Positions 52,196-64,000 of a stretch of DNA of 64,000 nucleotides are shown here, in pieces. This DNA comes from Callorhinchus milii (taxonomy: Eukaryota). Each line of letters starts with the position of its first letter. The first letter of the stretch is position 1. The notes under the pieces are model-generated. The model was not told the DNA's origin. It searched no databases and worked only from the letters and a program-made list of their open reading frames with translations. The position numbers and the translations under genes are program-made. The stretch spans positions 49,478,001-49,542,000 of the forward strand of contig NW_024704742.1 in NCBI RefSeq assembly GCF_018977255.1. The letters are read 5' to 3'.

Positions 52196-52929
52196 TAGAG
52201 TACGATAGCTCAGTTTACGGTAGTAAAAAGAATTGACAAAATGGATAAGGAGAGACTCTTTCTTATGTTTGCTGAATCCAGAACAAGTGAGCAATACCTA
52301 AACAATAGAATTGATTCTGTTAGTAGTGAGATCAGAAGACATGTCTAAACCACAATTAAATGATGTTTGAGGACACAATTCAACAGCATTTTGATCATTT
52401 TTCTTGTGCTTTTGGTAAACACAAGTTTGCTAAACATGTTTCTATGAGTGCAATGTGCCTTTAAACTCCTCACAATAACCGCATTGAGAAGACTGTATTA
52501 AATTTGATCTATCTCACTATTCACTCTCCCAAGTTGGAAGGTAGAAGCTAGTCAAGAAGAATAAAATGCTATCACTGGAAAGGTGGCCTCTATAGATTCA
52601 CACAAATACTGAAAGAATCACAAGCTGCTATAATACATCAAGTGAAATCTAGTGCAGCACAAGAAAGTGAGTTGTCCTTGGGGATTGAAGTGCCATCAGG
52701 GTTCATTTTTTCTGATACTGCAACTTGTACAATTATGATATTTTTCAGAGAAAGAAATTCAGCATTGCTTGCACTTTTGAAGTTGCCATCAAATGTCAAA
52801 CTAACCTTGTCAAAACTCTTGGAGCCTCTTAAAAGCACACTTGTAGAAATTTGTTATGATAAGGTATTTTCTTGAACCATGAGAAATCTTGGATTGATCA
52901 GACTACAAGTAACACCTTTATAAGATGGA

Positions 52930-53295
52930 TATAATAATAATAATCCTTGCATTTGCCATAGCACGTTTCACATCAGGAGGGCATCTCAAAGTACTTCACA
53001 GGATTTTACTGTAACTACACTGTGTATTTTGTCGGTGAACATGACAGCCAATTTGCATGCAGCAATATCCTATACATAGTCAGAAATTGAATGGAGAATG
53101 GGGAATTGTTGACCAGTGCATCAGGAGAAACTCCCTTCTAATTTTAAACAGTGCCATACGATCTTTATCATCTTTATCATCCACTTGAACAGGTGGACAG
53201 GACAGGACTTTGGTTTAATATCTCATTCAAAGGATAGCACAAACAACAATGCAGTACACCACCAGCACTGTATTGAAGTGTCAGTCTAGACTATA
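52930..53295 (-). mobile_element. Deu-domain SINE
   Basis: Tail taataatccttgcatt and Deu core. Confidence 0.75.
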
Positions 53296-53569
53296 GATTA
53301 TATAAAAAAACTTCTGTTCTGTTATTAATTGATCTACCTTACTATCCTCCTATCACAGAATCATCCTTTTTTAAAAAAAAAATGAGTTCTAACCTCAACC
53401 ACCCTTCCTGATGGATCTGTTTGAGATGTTGTTAAAGAAAGTATAAAACACTGAATTGCTGTGAAGTTGTACGAATGAATTATTCATTCAGTTCACTGGA
53501 TGGGTTTCCTGTACATACACATAATATGGAGAGTAATATTCAAATACAACATCGTAATAATATGATTCA

Positions 53570-54390
53570 TTGGGCTGCATAAAGAGTTAAAGAAAAGTTA
53601 GGTCCAATTAAAGACGTAAAGCGAAATCTAGTCATGGAAAACAAAGGTACGGCAGAGAATATTTTGCCTCAGTTTTTACAGAACAGTGTGATAGTGAGAA
53701 AATGAGGATACAATAAAGGATGTGCAGCGATTAAAAGAAATGGAAATGTCACTACAAGAGAGGATGGAACTCAAAAAGTAGACAAATCCCCAGGGCATGT
53801 ACAGTATTTGGGTAAACTGAGGAAAGTCAGGCAGGAAATAGTAGATGTTCTGATGATAATCTTTCAAATATCCTTGGGTATGATAGTAGTTCTAGAAGAC
53901 TGGAAAGTTTCTGTTGTAACACCTCTATTCAAAAAGGTGCATCAGAGCCATGAGGAAATGAGTGGCTTGATTTGTGAGCAGATATCAAAGGAACTGGGCC
54001 TATTTTTCATTGGAATAGAGATGGTTGAGGGGAAACCTGATTGAGGCCTTTAAAATTATGAGAAGTGTTTTGATAGAATAGATAGGAAGAAATTATTTCT
54101 AATGGTCTTTGAGTCAATTAAAGACGAGTGGGCATCAATTTAAGATAATTGGCAAGGAAACAATAGGGAGATTAGGATGAGTTTATTTATGTACAAAGAG
54201 TTGTTAGGTTGTGGAATGCCCTGCTGGAAGTAGAGGTCAAGGCAGGATTCATATTCGTTCTCAAGAGGATACTAGACAGGTATCTAAAAAGGAGTAATTT
54301 GCAGGGGAATGGGGAAAAAGTAGGTAATGGGACTGAATAAATTGCAAAAGGCCAGTACGAATACAATGGGCGTAATGACCTCCTCCTGGT
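53570..54390 (+). mobile_element. Degraded CR1 LINE with internal deletion
   Basis: EDWKVSVVTPLFKK motif, then ORF2 end and 3'UTR. Confidence 0.78.
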
Positions 54391-55604
54391 GATAAAAATG
54401 ATCATGATAGAGAAAATAATTAAAAATACACTCCAGTTGCTAAACACTGCTGTAATTCTAAATCTACATCTATGATACATATATTGATTTTATTAACTTA
54501 ATAATGGGTGGGGGTGTATATTTTGTATGTGGATGTGAGCTAAATGTACATTTTATAAATTTGTCCTAATGCATTTATAGATAACTTAAATTTTGAAGGC
54601 ATTTTATTTTACTTTGTTAATGTCATGTCATATCTTGAGGCAGGCCTTGAATGTGATATGAAACACTGCAAATTTAAATCTAAACATGGAGTTCTACACA
54701 TATGTCTCAGATGTAGTCTGCAAGAGTGGAAGTAATTACTTTATCTCTCAAATCCTCCTGGATCATTATACTTGGAGCAAATTACACTGTTAACCCTTGG
54801 CATCTATTCCATCATATGATTGGCAGCTTCAATGCCTTTGTGTGAAAATCTGATGTAAATGCTGGGGTCAAGTTGCATGAATTTTCAACTCAAACATCTG
54901 TTTGACAAAAGTAAATGTTCTGCCCAATTTAGATAGAAATTACAGCGTAAGAGGAAACCATTTGGCCCAACAATCTAAACTAGATTTATCGCCTCCACTG
55001 TTACTAACTTCTGAAATTTCCATGTATAGGTGGGATGCGTGGGATTCTCAGTTTGGTTTGGAATTCTCTTAAGCATGGTGATAGGTTTCCGGATGTGTCA
55101 GACACTCGGCTGACCAAAAAAAAATACTTTAACCGCAGCCTCCTGCTCTTTCCCTATGCTTTTTTGCCAATTACTAAAAACCTTAATCCAATAAACTAGG
55201 AAACACAAGTAAATAGGGTAAACTAGAGTATCATATAACTTTTGTCTAAAATATTTCAGGACTAAAGGTTTTAAAAGAATAATATAAATACAAAAGAGAT
55301 ATAAACCAAGTCTGGTTACTTTTCCAAATTGGAAGTGCAGACATTAATCTAAATGTTTTATTTAAATTGTCATTCAAAATGTGCATATTAATCCCTGTCT
55401 CACTGTAAAACCTAAAAACTGCTCTAAGTGCACTTTTTTAGCATTCACCCCATAAAAAGGCTCTGTGAACTGATGCTGACCTTTTGTCTCACTGAATATC
55501 GGGTGAGAAAAGTCATCACTTCCCATTACCCCTTCATGATTGTGTTTGCTATCTACCTGACAGCCTGTCTGTTTCTACGTTGTCTGTCTCCACCCTTATT
55601 CAAT

Positions 55605-55865
55605 TTCAGGCAGGGCGAAACCTTGGGCAAGTTTCCTTACTCCACACGCCTAATAATAATCCCTCCAAAACCAAAAACAATAATAAATTGGTCATTTTCA
55701 ATCTATGACTGTTTGTGGGACATTGCTGTGCGCAATTGGCTGCCGCTTTCGCCCACAAATATACAGTCAATTCACTTTACAGTGTGTTCTGTGAAGCGCT
55801 TTGGGACGTCCTCCCGATGTGAAAAGCGCTATATCAAATGCAAGGATGATTATTATTATTATTAT
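55605..55865 (+). mobile_element. tRNA-derived SINE (short subtype, headless) with an L2-type loop
   Basis: Body identical in layout to the 11350 copy; tail reads ttgggacgtcctcccgatgtgaaaagcgct. Confidence 0.88.
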
Positions 55866-55913
55866 CTCTCACCAATCCTCATTCATGACTTTTTTTTATC
55901 TCCTATTTAACCA

Positions 55914-56290
55914 TGGAATCCTGTAGCTTGGTGGTTAGAGCACTCGCCTCGCAAGTGAGAGGACTTGGGTTTGATTCCTGGGTAGTGTGAAACATTGGGC
56001 AAGTTTCCTTACTCCACACAACCTCTGTTTACCCAGCAATAAGTAGAAACCCAGTTGTTAGTCGATTGGCGGATCACTTTTCTGGGGGTAATAATCCCAT
56101 CAAAATAAATAAATAATAATTTGGTCACTGAATCCATTGTTTGTGGGATACTGGTGTGGGAAATTGGCCGCCACGTTTTGTCCGCAAGATATACAGTCAA
56201 TTTACAGTATATTCTGTGAAGCACTTTGAGACATCTTGAAGACAGGATGAGGCGCTATATCAAATTGCAAGCATTATTATTTTTATTATT
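55914..56290 (+). mobile_element. Full-length tRNA-derived SINE (long subtype)
   Basis: Head tggaatcctgtagcttggtggttagagc, centre and tail. Confidence 0.9.
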
Positions 56291-56299
56291 ATTTTCAAA

Positions 56300-56822
56300 C
56301 TCATCCCTTACTGGTCTCCCTAGTTCTACCATCCATAAGGATCACTGAATCCCAAACTCCATCACCTCCAACCTCATTCACACAAAACTCCAAATGCAAA
56401 CAAATCACTCCAATCTTTCTCCACGCTCCATTGGCTCCCAGACAACCACCCAATAGATTCACTTCAAGGTTCTCAGACTCACTTATAATTCCCTGCACAC
56501 CCCTATTCTTATTGCTTCCCTTACCCCAGGCCTGTTGTGTACCCCACTACTCTGCATCACAACAGGTGTCCAAGCCTTCAGATGCTATGCCCTTTATTTC
56601 TGAAACCCCCTCTCTCTACCCCTTTGTCTTGTTCCCTTTCTCTCTGTCTTTATAAGACAGCCTTAAATCTGCCTAAAAATCTAGATCTCCTATCATGCCA
56701 ATAATTCTCTCACACCACCAACTCTTCCTGCTCACTTTCTCGGCATCGAACGCTATCTTTGTGAAGTTCTCTGAAATGTTATCCTATATGGAGGGCACCA
56801 TATAAATGCAATATGTTGTTGT
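56300..56822 (+). mobile_element. Old L2 3' portion
   Basis: Degraded C/T-rich ORF2 end and tataaatgcaatatgttgttg tail. Confidence 0.6.
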
Positions 56823-57018
56823 TCTTATTGACAGCAGCTCCCTTCCATTGCACTTCAAAAAAGAACAAAAATTGTAACTTTCCTCTTTTAGTACCTGTTC
56901 TACATTCTACTGAAAATAATACTATAATATTGTCAATGGTAATGCAATCATGACAACGTGGAAAGGAATTTTCTCAATCAGCCTAGTGCGTAATGGCACT
57001 GGACCTACAGAGCAGACA

Positions 57019-57308
57019 AGGAGTCCTATAGCTCAGTGGTTAGAGCACTCGCCTCGTAACGAGAGACCTGGGTTCGATTCCTGGCAGGGCAAAACCTTGG
57101 GCAAGTTTCCTTATTCCACATGCCTGATAATAACCCTTCAAAAAAAAGCAATAATAAAACTGGTCACTTCAATCCAGGAATTTTTGTAGGACACTGCTTT
57201 GCGAAATTGGCTGCCATGTTTCGCCCACAAATATACAGTCAATTCACTTTACGTCTATTCTGTGAAGCGCTTTGAGATGTCTAGAAGATGTGAAAAGGGC
57301 TATATCAA
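57019..57308 (+). mobile_element. tRNA-derived SINE (short subtype)
   Basis: ggagtcctatagctcagtggttagagc...gggttcgattcc head and body. Confidence 0.88.
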
Positions 57309-58779
57309 CAAAAAAATGCAAGATGCCAGTGAGGGTAAACTTGTGCTTCACTGAGATGTCCCAAGCACAGTTAAAAAGCCTGTCTTTTTGTCGAGGCCCA
57401 CAAGATAGGAACGGTTAATTGGATGATGTATCAGAGAAAGCTCAAGGACAGAACCATTGGGTTAATAGGACAGAAAATAAGAAGGTCAAATATGATCATG
57501 CAGATAAGCAAGACCAGAGGGTTAAAAATTGATGAGGAGAAAATAAAGTACAAAAAGATCGCAGCAAGAACACTAATAACACTATTTGTCATTTTTATTA
57601 GAAAAATCCACAGTGTTAGGAGAAAATTCACACCACTGCAGCTGGAGTGCCTGTGGCAGTGCAATCTGTTTCCCAGCATAAATAAAGGTCAATTTACAAA
57701 GGTGTTTCTAGCAGCCATTTCAGGAACAAAGTCTATCCACCAAAATCACCACAAAAATAGCAGAGCCCTTCAAACGACTCTTACAGCCAAAGTAGCAATT
57801 TTGTTAAGCAAGAGAGACAACATATCAGAGAAACAAGTTTAGATGAGAAATCCAAAATGGAACTGGATAATGTCAGGCTGTTTAACAGTGGATATGAGAT
57901 GTTATAATGATTCTTTTCCTGGACTGATCAGTCATGAAGAGTAGTTGGATAACCCACTGTGCAATCAGGCACTAGGGCCAGCAACATGATCTTAGCCTTC
58001 AGGCGAGATAAGTCTTGTGTGCAGCTTCTGCAAAAGATTCTTCTGGAGGATGAATAAGGAATCCAACCATAATTAACTCCTAGCAGGAAATTGTTTCCCT
58101 CATCCACACCGCAGAATAACTCAAACTCCACACTATAAGTGAGATTGCCCGAAGGACTGAGATCCTTGTTGGCATAAAGTGGACACAAACAAACAATGCA
58201 AACTATATTCACGTATTTTCTTTATGATGGACGTATCACCCAGTTTTATGCAGATAAGTCTTTAGAATAGCTGTGAAAACAGGACTTGCACTGATACAAA
58301 TCAGCAGTCATGTGATTGTGTTCTTTCCAAGCAGCCATCGACTTTTTTTATTTTGCTCTTATTTATTTTTCAGGACAAAGACATTTTTCAGCAAGAAAAA
58401 GTAACTTTCTGTGACATGCAGCTTTATCTCCCATATGCCCAACTCTAAATCTGCCACTAATGGTGTGTGTCGGACCTCTGAGCACCACAGGGCCACAAAA
58501 GGCATGATGATCTTCAGCATCTGGCACATAATATTGCTGTGTGGTCCCAGAGCTCAATCTGTCATATGAATTACAAGTCAATCGCATGCGTGTGTTTATT
58601 GGTGAAAAAGCGAATAGCACTAACAAGACTGCCATGTACTGTGTACATCTTATACGGCAGACAGCTGATTCTAACCAGAATCTTAAGTATCAAACTGTAG
58701 CACAGCTCATTCAACTTGGTACAGACACGATGTTCAGAATAGCCTCCTTTCTACACTGAAAATTCTCACTTTACAATAT

Positions 58780-59040
58780 AGCAATACAAATTTAGATTTT
58801 TATAGCACCTTTCACATTGGGAGAATGTCCCTAAACAGTAATGACTGGCACCTGAGCTGAGGGTGCAGGAAGGGGAAGGATGGCTGAACATGTGGTCAAA
58901 GAGGAAGGTCTTGAGACAGACCTTGAATGAGATAAGGGAGGAAGCGAGCCGGAGGTACACTGGAATGGAGTTCCACGTAGTGGGGCAGAGTGGCTAAAAG
59001 ACCACCCATAGTGTGGGGCAGATAGGGCGGGGCACATGCT
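58780..59040 (-). mobile_element. L2 3' end
   Basis: tatagcacctttcacattgggagaatgtccc tail and FKVCLKTFLFD remnant. Confidence 0.75.
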
Positions 59041-60179
59041 CGTTGAGCAAAGGAACTGGCCGGCTTGGCACGGTTGAGACTCTGCATTATTTATGGTTAT
59101 TTTACACTCTGTATTTTACAAGTAATTTCCTGATCTAGGTCATGGAAATGTCACAGTGGTTCAGGCAAAGTGGGCTGCAAATGGGAATTACTAATCAAGT
59201 ACCACTAAAATTGTTATGATTGTTCCAATGGTGATTGGAATTTCTTATAAAGATGTAAACACTGTGATTCCTCTACCAATGCTTACATTTCTTATTTGGA
59301 ATTAGCAATTGCACAAATTAAATCAGGAAACAATAGTCGTTTTCCTGTTATTATTTGACATTGGGCTAATCTGGAGGAGCAGTGAATCAGAGGTCGAGAG
59401 CAGCAAGTTGGTTCCAGAAGTAAGTCGGACTGACTGTTTACCCTAAAAAAATTTAGACTATTCCTTAATTAGATGTTTTTGCTAATTACACAAGGAATGG
59501 GTTGAGGAACACTGTAACTTTTATCTCTGTGTTTATAACTTGGTGCTGCGATGCATTTAGGAACATAGGAACAGGTTCTATGACTGCTTCAATTCATCAC
59601 ACATTTCAATGCATAAATTGTGAAGCTCATTGTGCATCATTCAAAAATTGCCTTTGCAGCAATTGTGGTTCAATTGCTGAGTTTCAGTTTAATATATGTG
59701 CACCTTGTTTGAGACTACTTTTGGAATACTTGTCAACTTCCCGCACTTCTAAGCACTCCTGTATGCTGCCCTGCGTGAAGGGAATTATATGAATGCAAGT
59801 TGTTGTTGTTGCTGTTGTTAACACAAATACTGTTTACTTAAACCAGAGGTTCAGATCCAAATAGGAAAATGAAAAATTTATGTCAATGGTTCATGTCCCC
59901 TGTGAAGGAAGGCACTTACCAGACATGTTGGCCCTGGAGAGTTTAAACATAAATAAAAAATGTAGTGATTGAAATTGCTTCATGTAATGTCATTAAAAAC
60001 AAAATATACTTTAACAACTGTGCAGATTACAGTTTGCTGCAAAAAGCATTGCTCAGAAATTTCAAGGTATTTATGAGCAACTGTTGCAACTTAAGCCTAC
60101 TCCCAAAATAAATTCTAGCTGAAAAAAGTTGAAACCATCATAAAACAATTATCCCAGCAATCACCAAACTGTTCACTCT

Positions 60180-60770
60180 TCCCTCCAGGACACTGGTGTC
60201 CTGAATGATTACCTGTCAGATATTAGTCCTGGATGAGACCCAACTTTCTCCAGTTGAATGTCAACAAGACCAAGGGCCTCCTGCTTGGCTCCCTCAGGGG
60301 CTGACAGCATTACTATTCATGGATTCATTCTTCACCTCAATAACCCAGTACAGAACTTTGGTGTCTTGTTCGACTCTCAGCTGTCCTTCAAACCTCACAT
60401 CCATGCCATGACCTGTTCTGCCTTCCCCAAACTCTGCAACATTGCCTGCCCCCAACACTACCTCTCTCCTCAGACCACCGAGATCCTCATCCAGGCTTAA
60501 CTCCCTGCTCACTGGATTTCCCAACTCTTCCCTGCACAAGATACAGATTATTCAGAACTCTGCAGTTTGTGTCCTCTTCCGCACCAAGCTTCTTGAACCT
60601 ATCACTCCCATCCTTGCTCGGCTTCACTGGCTACCCACCCCCAGAGGATCGAATGTAATAAGATCCTGGTCCTCACTTTTAAAGCTCCACAGTTTGCCCC
60701 TCCCTACCTCTGTGACCTGATAAAACCATACCAACCTACCTGCTGCCTCCGTTTGTCAAACAGGCACTGG
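60180..60770 (+). mobile_element. L2 ORF2 fragment
   Basis: NFGVLFDSQLSFKPHI and HKIQIIQNSA...LARLHWLP. Confidence 0.85.
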
Positions 60771-62509
60771 TCTGTTCCATTTCGTTTGGTGCAAAAACAT
60801 GCAATAATGGCCAAATTAAAACGTGGCTCCAGGAAATTGCCCCTTTCATCATTTAAGTATGATTTCCTGACTAGAAATCAGATACTGTTGAGTACACGGG
60901 CACTCAGTCTCAATAATTAAGTTTCTTGAAAGTTACTAAAATAATCATACAATGGATCCTGGAAATGGATAAAACGTTTTACTGAAGGTGCTGGCATTTT
61001 ATATCAGTTAGTCTTTAATGAGCCTCCTCTGAAGATGTGAAATAATATTCTGGTCTGTGCTTGTCTGCTGCAAAAGCAAATAATGTATATGTGTTTGAAA
61101 TATAACATCCTGCAAATTGTTTCCAGGCATTAATCACCCGCATCTCAGAAACCTCCTTCTGTGTAGACACTTTAATGTATAATAATTGAAATTACAATTC
61201 TTTTTGAAGCTCTTTCAGGGAAAGATTACTCAGTTTGGAAATCGCCTTCAAGCGCTTTCAGTAAGATTTCCTGCTATGTTCCACCTTTTGCTACAGTTTA
61301 ATATGAAATGGGAAAAAATAAATCTGTGTATCTGTGCATATGCCAACATGCTGTATATGTATATTAGGAACAGCAGAATATACAGAAAAGACCTTTGTGG
61401 TCACCTGGTCAGTCCAGAATTGAACAAGCGATACACTATTCCATTTCTTATACCTTTCAATTATTTTTTTCTTTATTTAGCTAAATAGCGATCTAATAGT
61501 TTCTACCCCCTGCCTACCATCCCTAGGGCCCACATTTTCCTATTTTCTCTGCTATTCTTCTTTCCTCATACCATGTACAATATTTGCATTATATTCTCAG
61601 TATTGTATTCTTGAAATATTTAATTCCTTTATACTCCTACTGTTTAACAATCTAATTTAGTCCTGTTCTCTTAGATACCTCTTCGTTCCATTAAAATTTC
61701 CTTCCCTGAACCTGAGAGTTTGTGTTATGTCCCTTTCCTCAATCATATTGTGTTCACTATTCCCAAGGTTCTCGCCCACCGTACACCACCATTACAAAGA
61801 CCACAAAGACCACTACATTTTATATCACGTTAGAATATCTGAAAACACTTCACAAGTAATTGTGACTTTTTGTAAAACACAGGAAAACCATTTCTGTTCA
61901 GGTGATGTTCACCGCAAAATCGTCTTAATGTTCCAACCTTATTCTCCTCCCAACTCTGACTGTTCTGAAGCACTTTGAGATGTTCCCATTTTGTACTTTC
62001 TCCAACCTCTGCCCCATCAATAATGGCTGAGCTTTCAACCACTATACTCCAATCTCTGGAACTCCCTCCCAAAATGTCTCCATCTCACACTGCTCCTCTC
62101 GACTTTCAAAGTTCTTCTAAAAACCTACCGCTTTGTCTATGGCTTTGGTTAACGTTCCTCCTACCCCCTACTTGCCACATTGCTCCATCTTCCCAGTCCA
62201 TCTCTGTAACAGTCTCCAAGATATTATCTTACATGAATGGCTTATATGAGTGCAAATTTTTGCTGTACTTTCTCCCTCAATCTGCATTACCTTTAACCTA
62301 CACTTTTCTTTGTCAACAACAATAACAATGTCAAGCTTTCCCATTTCTCAGCGCCTTGAGATGTTCTGCCGATGTAAAAGGCATTTTACAAATGTAATTT
62401 TGTTGTTGTTGTTGCTTGTCTAGCTAGGACCACTCTAGGTGTCAGAGTGTTGGCTTGCAGTGTTAATACGAGCTGAGTGGGAAGAATCCCTGTTCCCCAT
62501 GGTGATAAA

Positions 62510-62880
62510 ATTGGTCACTCAGTCAATTGGTGTTTGTAGGATATTGATGTTGTGCACAAATTGGCTTCCTCATTCTCCTACACAATATAGTCACTGAACT
62601 TTAACTCCTGTGAAGCACTTTGAGATGTTCCCCTGATGTGAAAGGCGCTATATCAAATGTAAACAATTTTTTTATATGCTCTTACCCTGTGGAACTCCTT
62701 CCCTGAACCCCCTTGGTCTCACACTTTCTCTATCTGTCTATCCTGTCTAAAAATCTATCTCTTCGACACATCTATGGTCTCCTCCTCTTCCCCTTCCCCC
62801 TTCTCTCCTAGCTCGGCATCTGTCCTGATCTCTGTGAAGCGCTACGAGATGATATCACCATATAAATGCAAGTTGTTGTT
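62510..62880 (+). mobile_element. SINE 3' fragment followed by an old L2 3' end
   Basis: gtgcacaaattggct...gtgaaaggcgctatatc, then a C/T-rich segment ending aaatgcaagttgttgtt. Confidence 0.65.
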
Positions 62881-64000
62881 TGTTTAAATGGTGGATAATT
62901 GGGAGAAATGTAAAACTCAATGTTTTTACGCTAACTCTGCTGATATTCTGCATGAATGGTGCAAGGCATCAACCAAAGGAATGTCTCATCCTAAATTTTT
63001 AATGTGATACACGATCAGATTAAAAATCAATGATAATCCCCCTCTGGATGAGCGGTAAGTTTAATAGTCACTTGCTCCAGCATCAAATCATTGTTGAAAT
63101 TAGCAGATTCTAATTACTGCTTAGTTGTCATTAGATTTAGAGTACTGTATTAGTTGTTCATTCCATTTCTTTAATGGAGTTTCTCAGCATAAGTTAATTA
63201 TTTGCCAGATAGCCTGTAAAGGGAAATCAGCTGACTCCTTTAGAGGTATTTTCCACGCAGGTTCAAGAAAGAAAACCCTGTGGAAGAATTCCAGGCACCA
63301 TAGGGGAGAGCACACTTGACGCACCCCAACCTCCCAAAAATATTTTAAATGTACTCTCATCCTCGTGGAATAACACATAATTCCACCTAAGCCATTGACT
63401 CAGGGGTCTTTATTCGCTCACGAGGAGTAATATGCTAAGATTCTATGTTTCTGCTGGTGTCTGCGTTTGGAGCCTAATGTATTCCTTATTCTACAAAGTG
63501 AAATATATGCAAATTGAATTCTGTCCGTACTCTTCAGAAATTGTGATGATTGAAGTCTTCAAGCATTGCAACTAAAAATATGATATTCATATGCATCTAT
63601 ATGCCACTTCAAGCGTAACATATACCTCAAAATGCCACTCTTTCAGTTGCCTTTAGCAGAATGTGGAATGGAGGTGGATAATGGATATCTGAGCATGATT
63701 ACAGGACTGTAATTTGATCAGAAGGTTCACACAAGGTCAAGAAGAGCAGTTTGGCACCAGTATCAGAATCATGAGATAAGATTAGATAACCCATTCTGAA
63801 AATTACTCCAGATTTCTTTTCTACCTCATATATCTCAGAGCAATGAATATGATGCAGTTAGGGAAGTTGAACAGGAAACAATTAGCTGCTGAGTACCTAA
63901 AGTTAGAAGATATTGCATAGAGAATAAATGGGTCTGGGATTTGTTGCAAAGCTGGTGCTGCACTCAGAGGGGTTTCAACAATACCATGACTTCAAAAACT

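Overview
This is vertebrate genomic DNA, about 40% GC and dense in repeats. The repeat complement (Deu-domain SINEs, tRNA-derived SINEs with (TTA)n tails, L2 LINEs with (TTG)n tails, CR1 remnants) suggests a cartilaginous fish, probably a chimaera or elephant shark; this is an inference. Only one protein-coding exon is firmly recognisable: the terminal coding exon of KCTD8, a GABA-B receptor auxiliary subunit, on the minus strand (48857-49314). That makes 49315-64000 probably intron and most of 1-48.3 kb downstream intergenic DNA. A CpG-rich patch near 3.4-3.65 kb with minus-strand splice donors, plus a candidate 42-nt exon at 493-534, hints at a second unidentified minus-strand transcript leaving the window on the left. 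Nearly all other ORFs are retroelement debris or chance. I found no evidence for a novel multi-gene system. The more interesting observations concern transposon biology and local structure: young L2 3' ends repeatedly inserted antisense into older L2 copies (two with TSDs), two SINE subfamilies sharing the L2 3' stem-loop with one apparent tail swap, Helitron-like termini, an unclassified hairpin-ended short repeat in 4 copies, a perfect 32-bp inverted repeat 1.15 kb apart, a 114-bp direct duplication and a perfect 15-bp hairpin. Repeat boundaries were estimated by eye (roughly +/-20 bp) unless junctions are stated.
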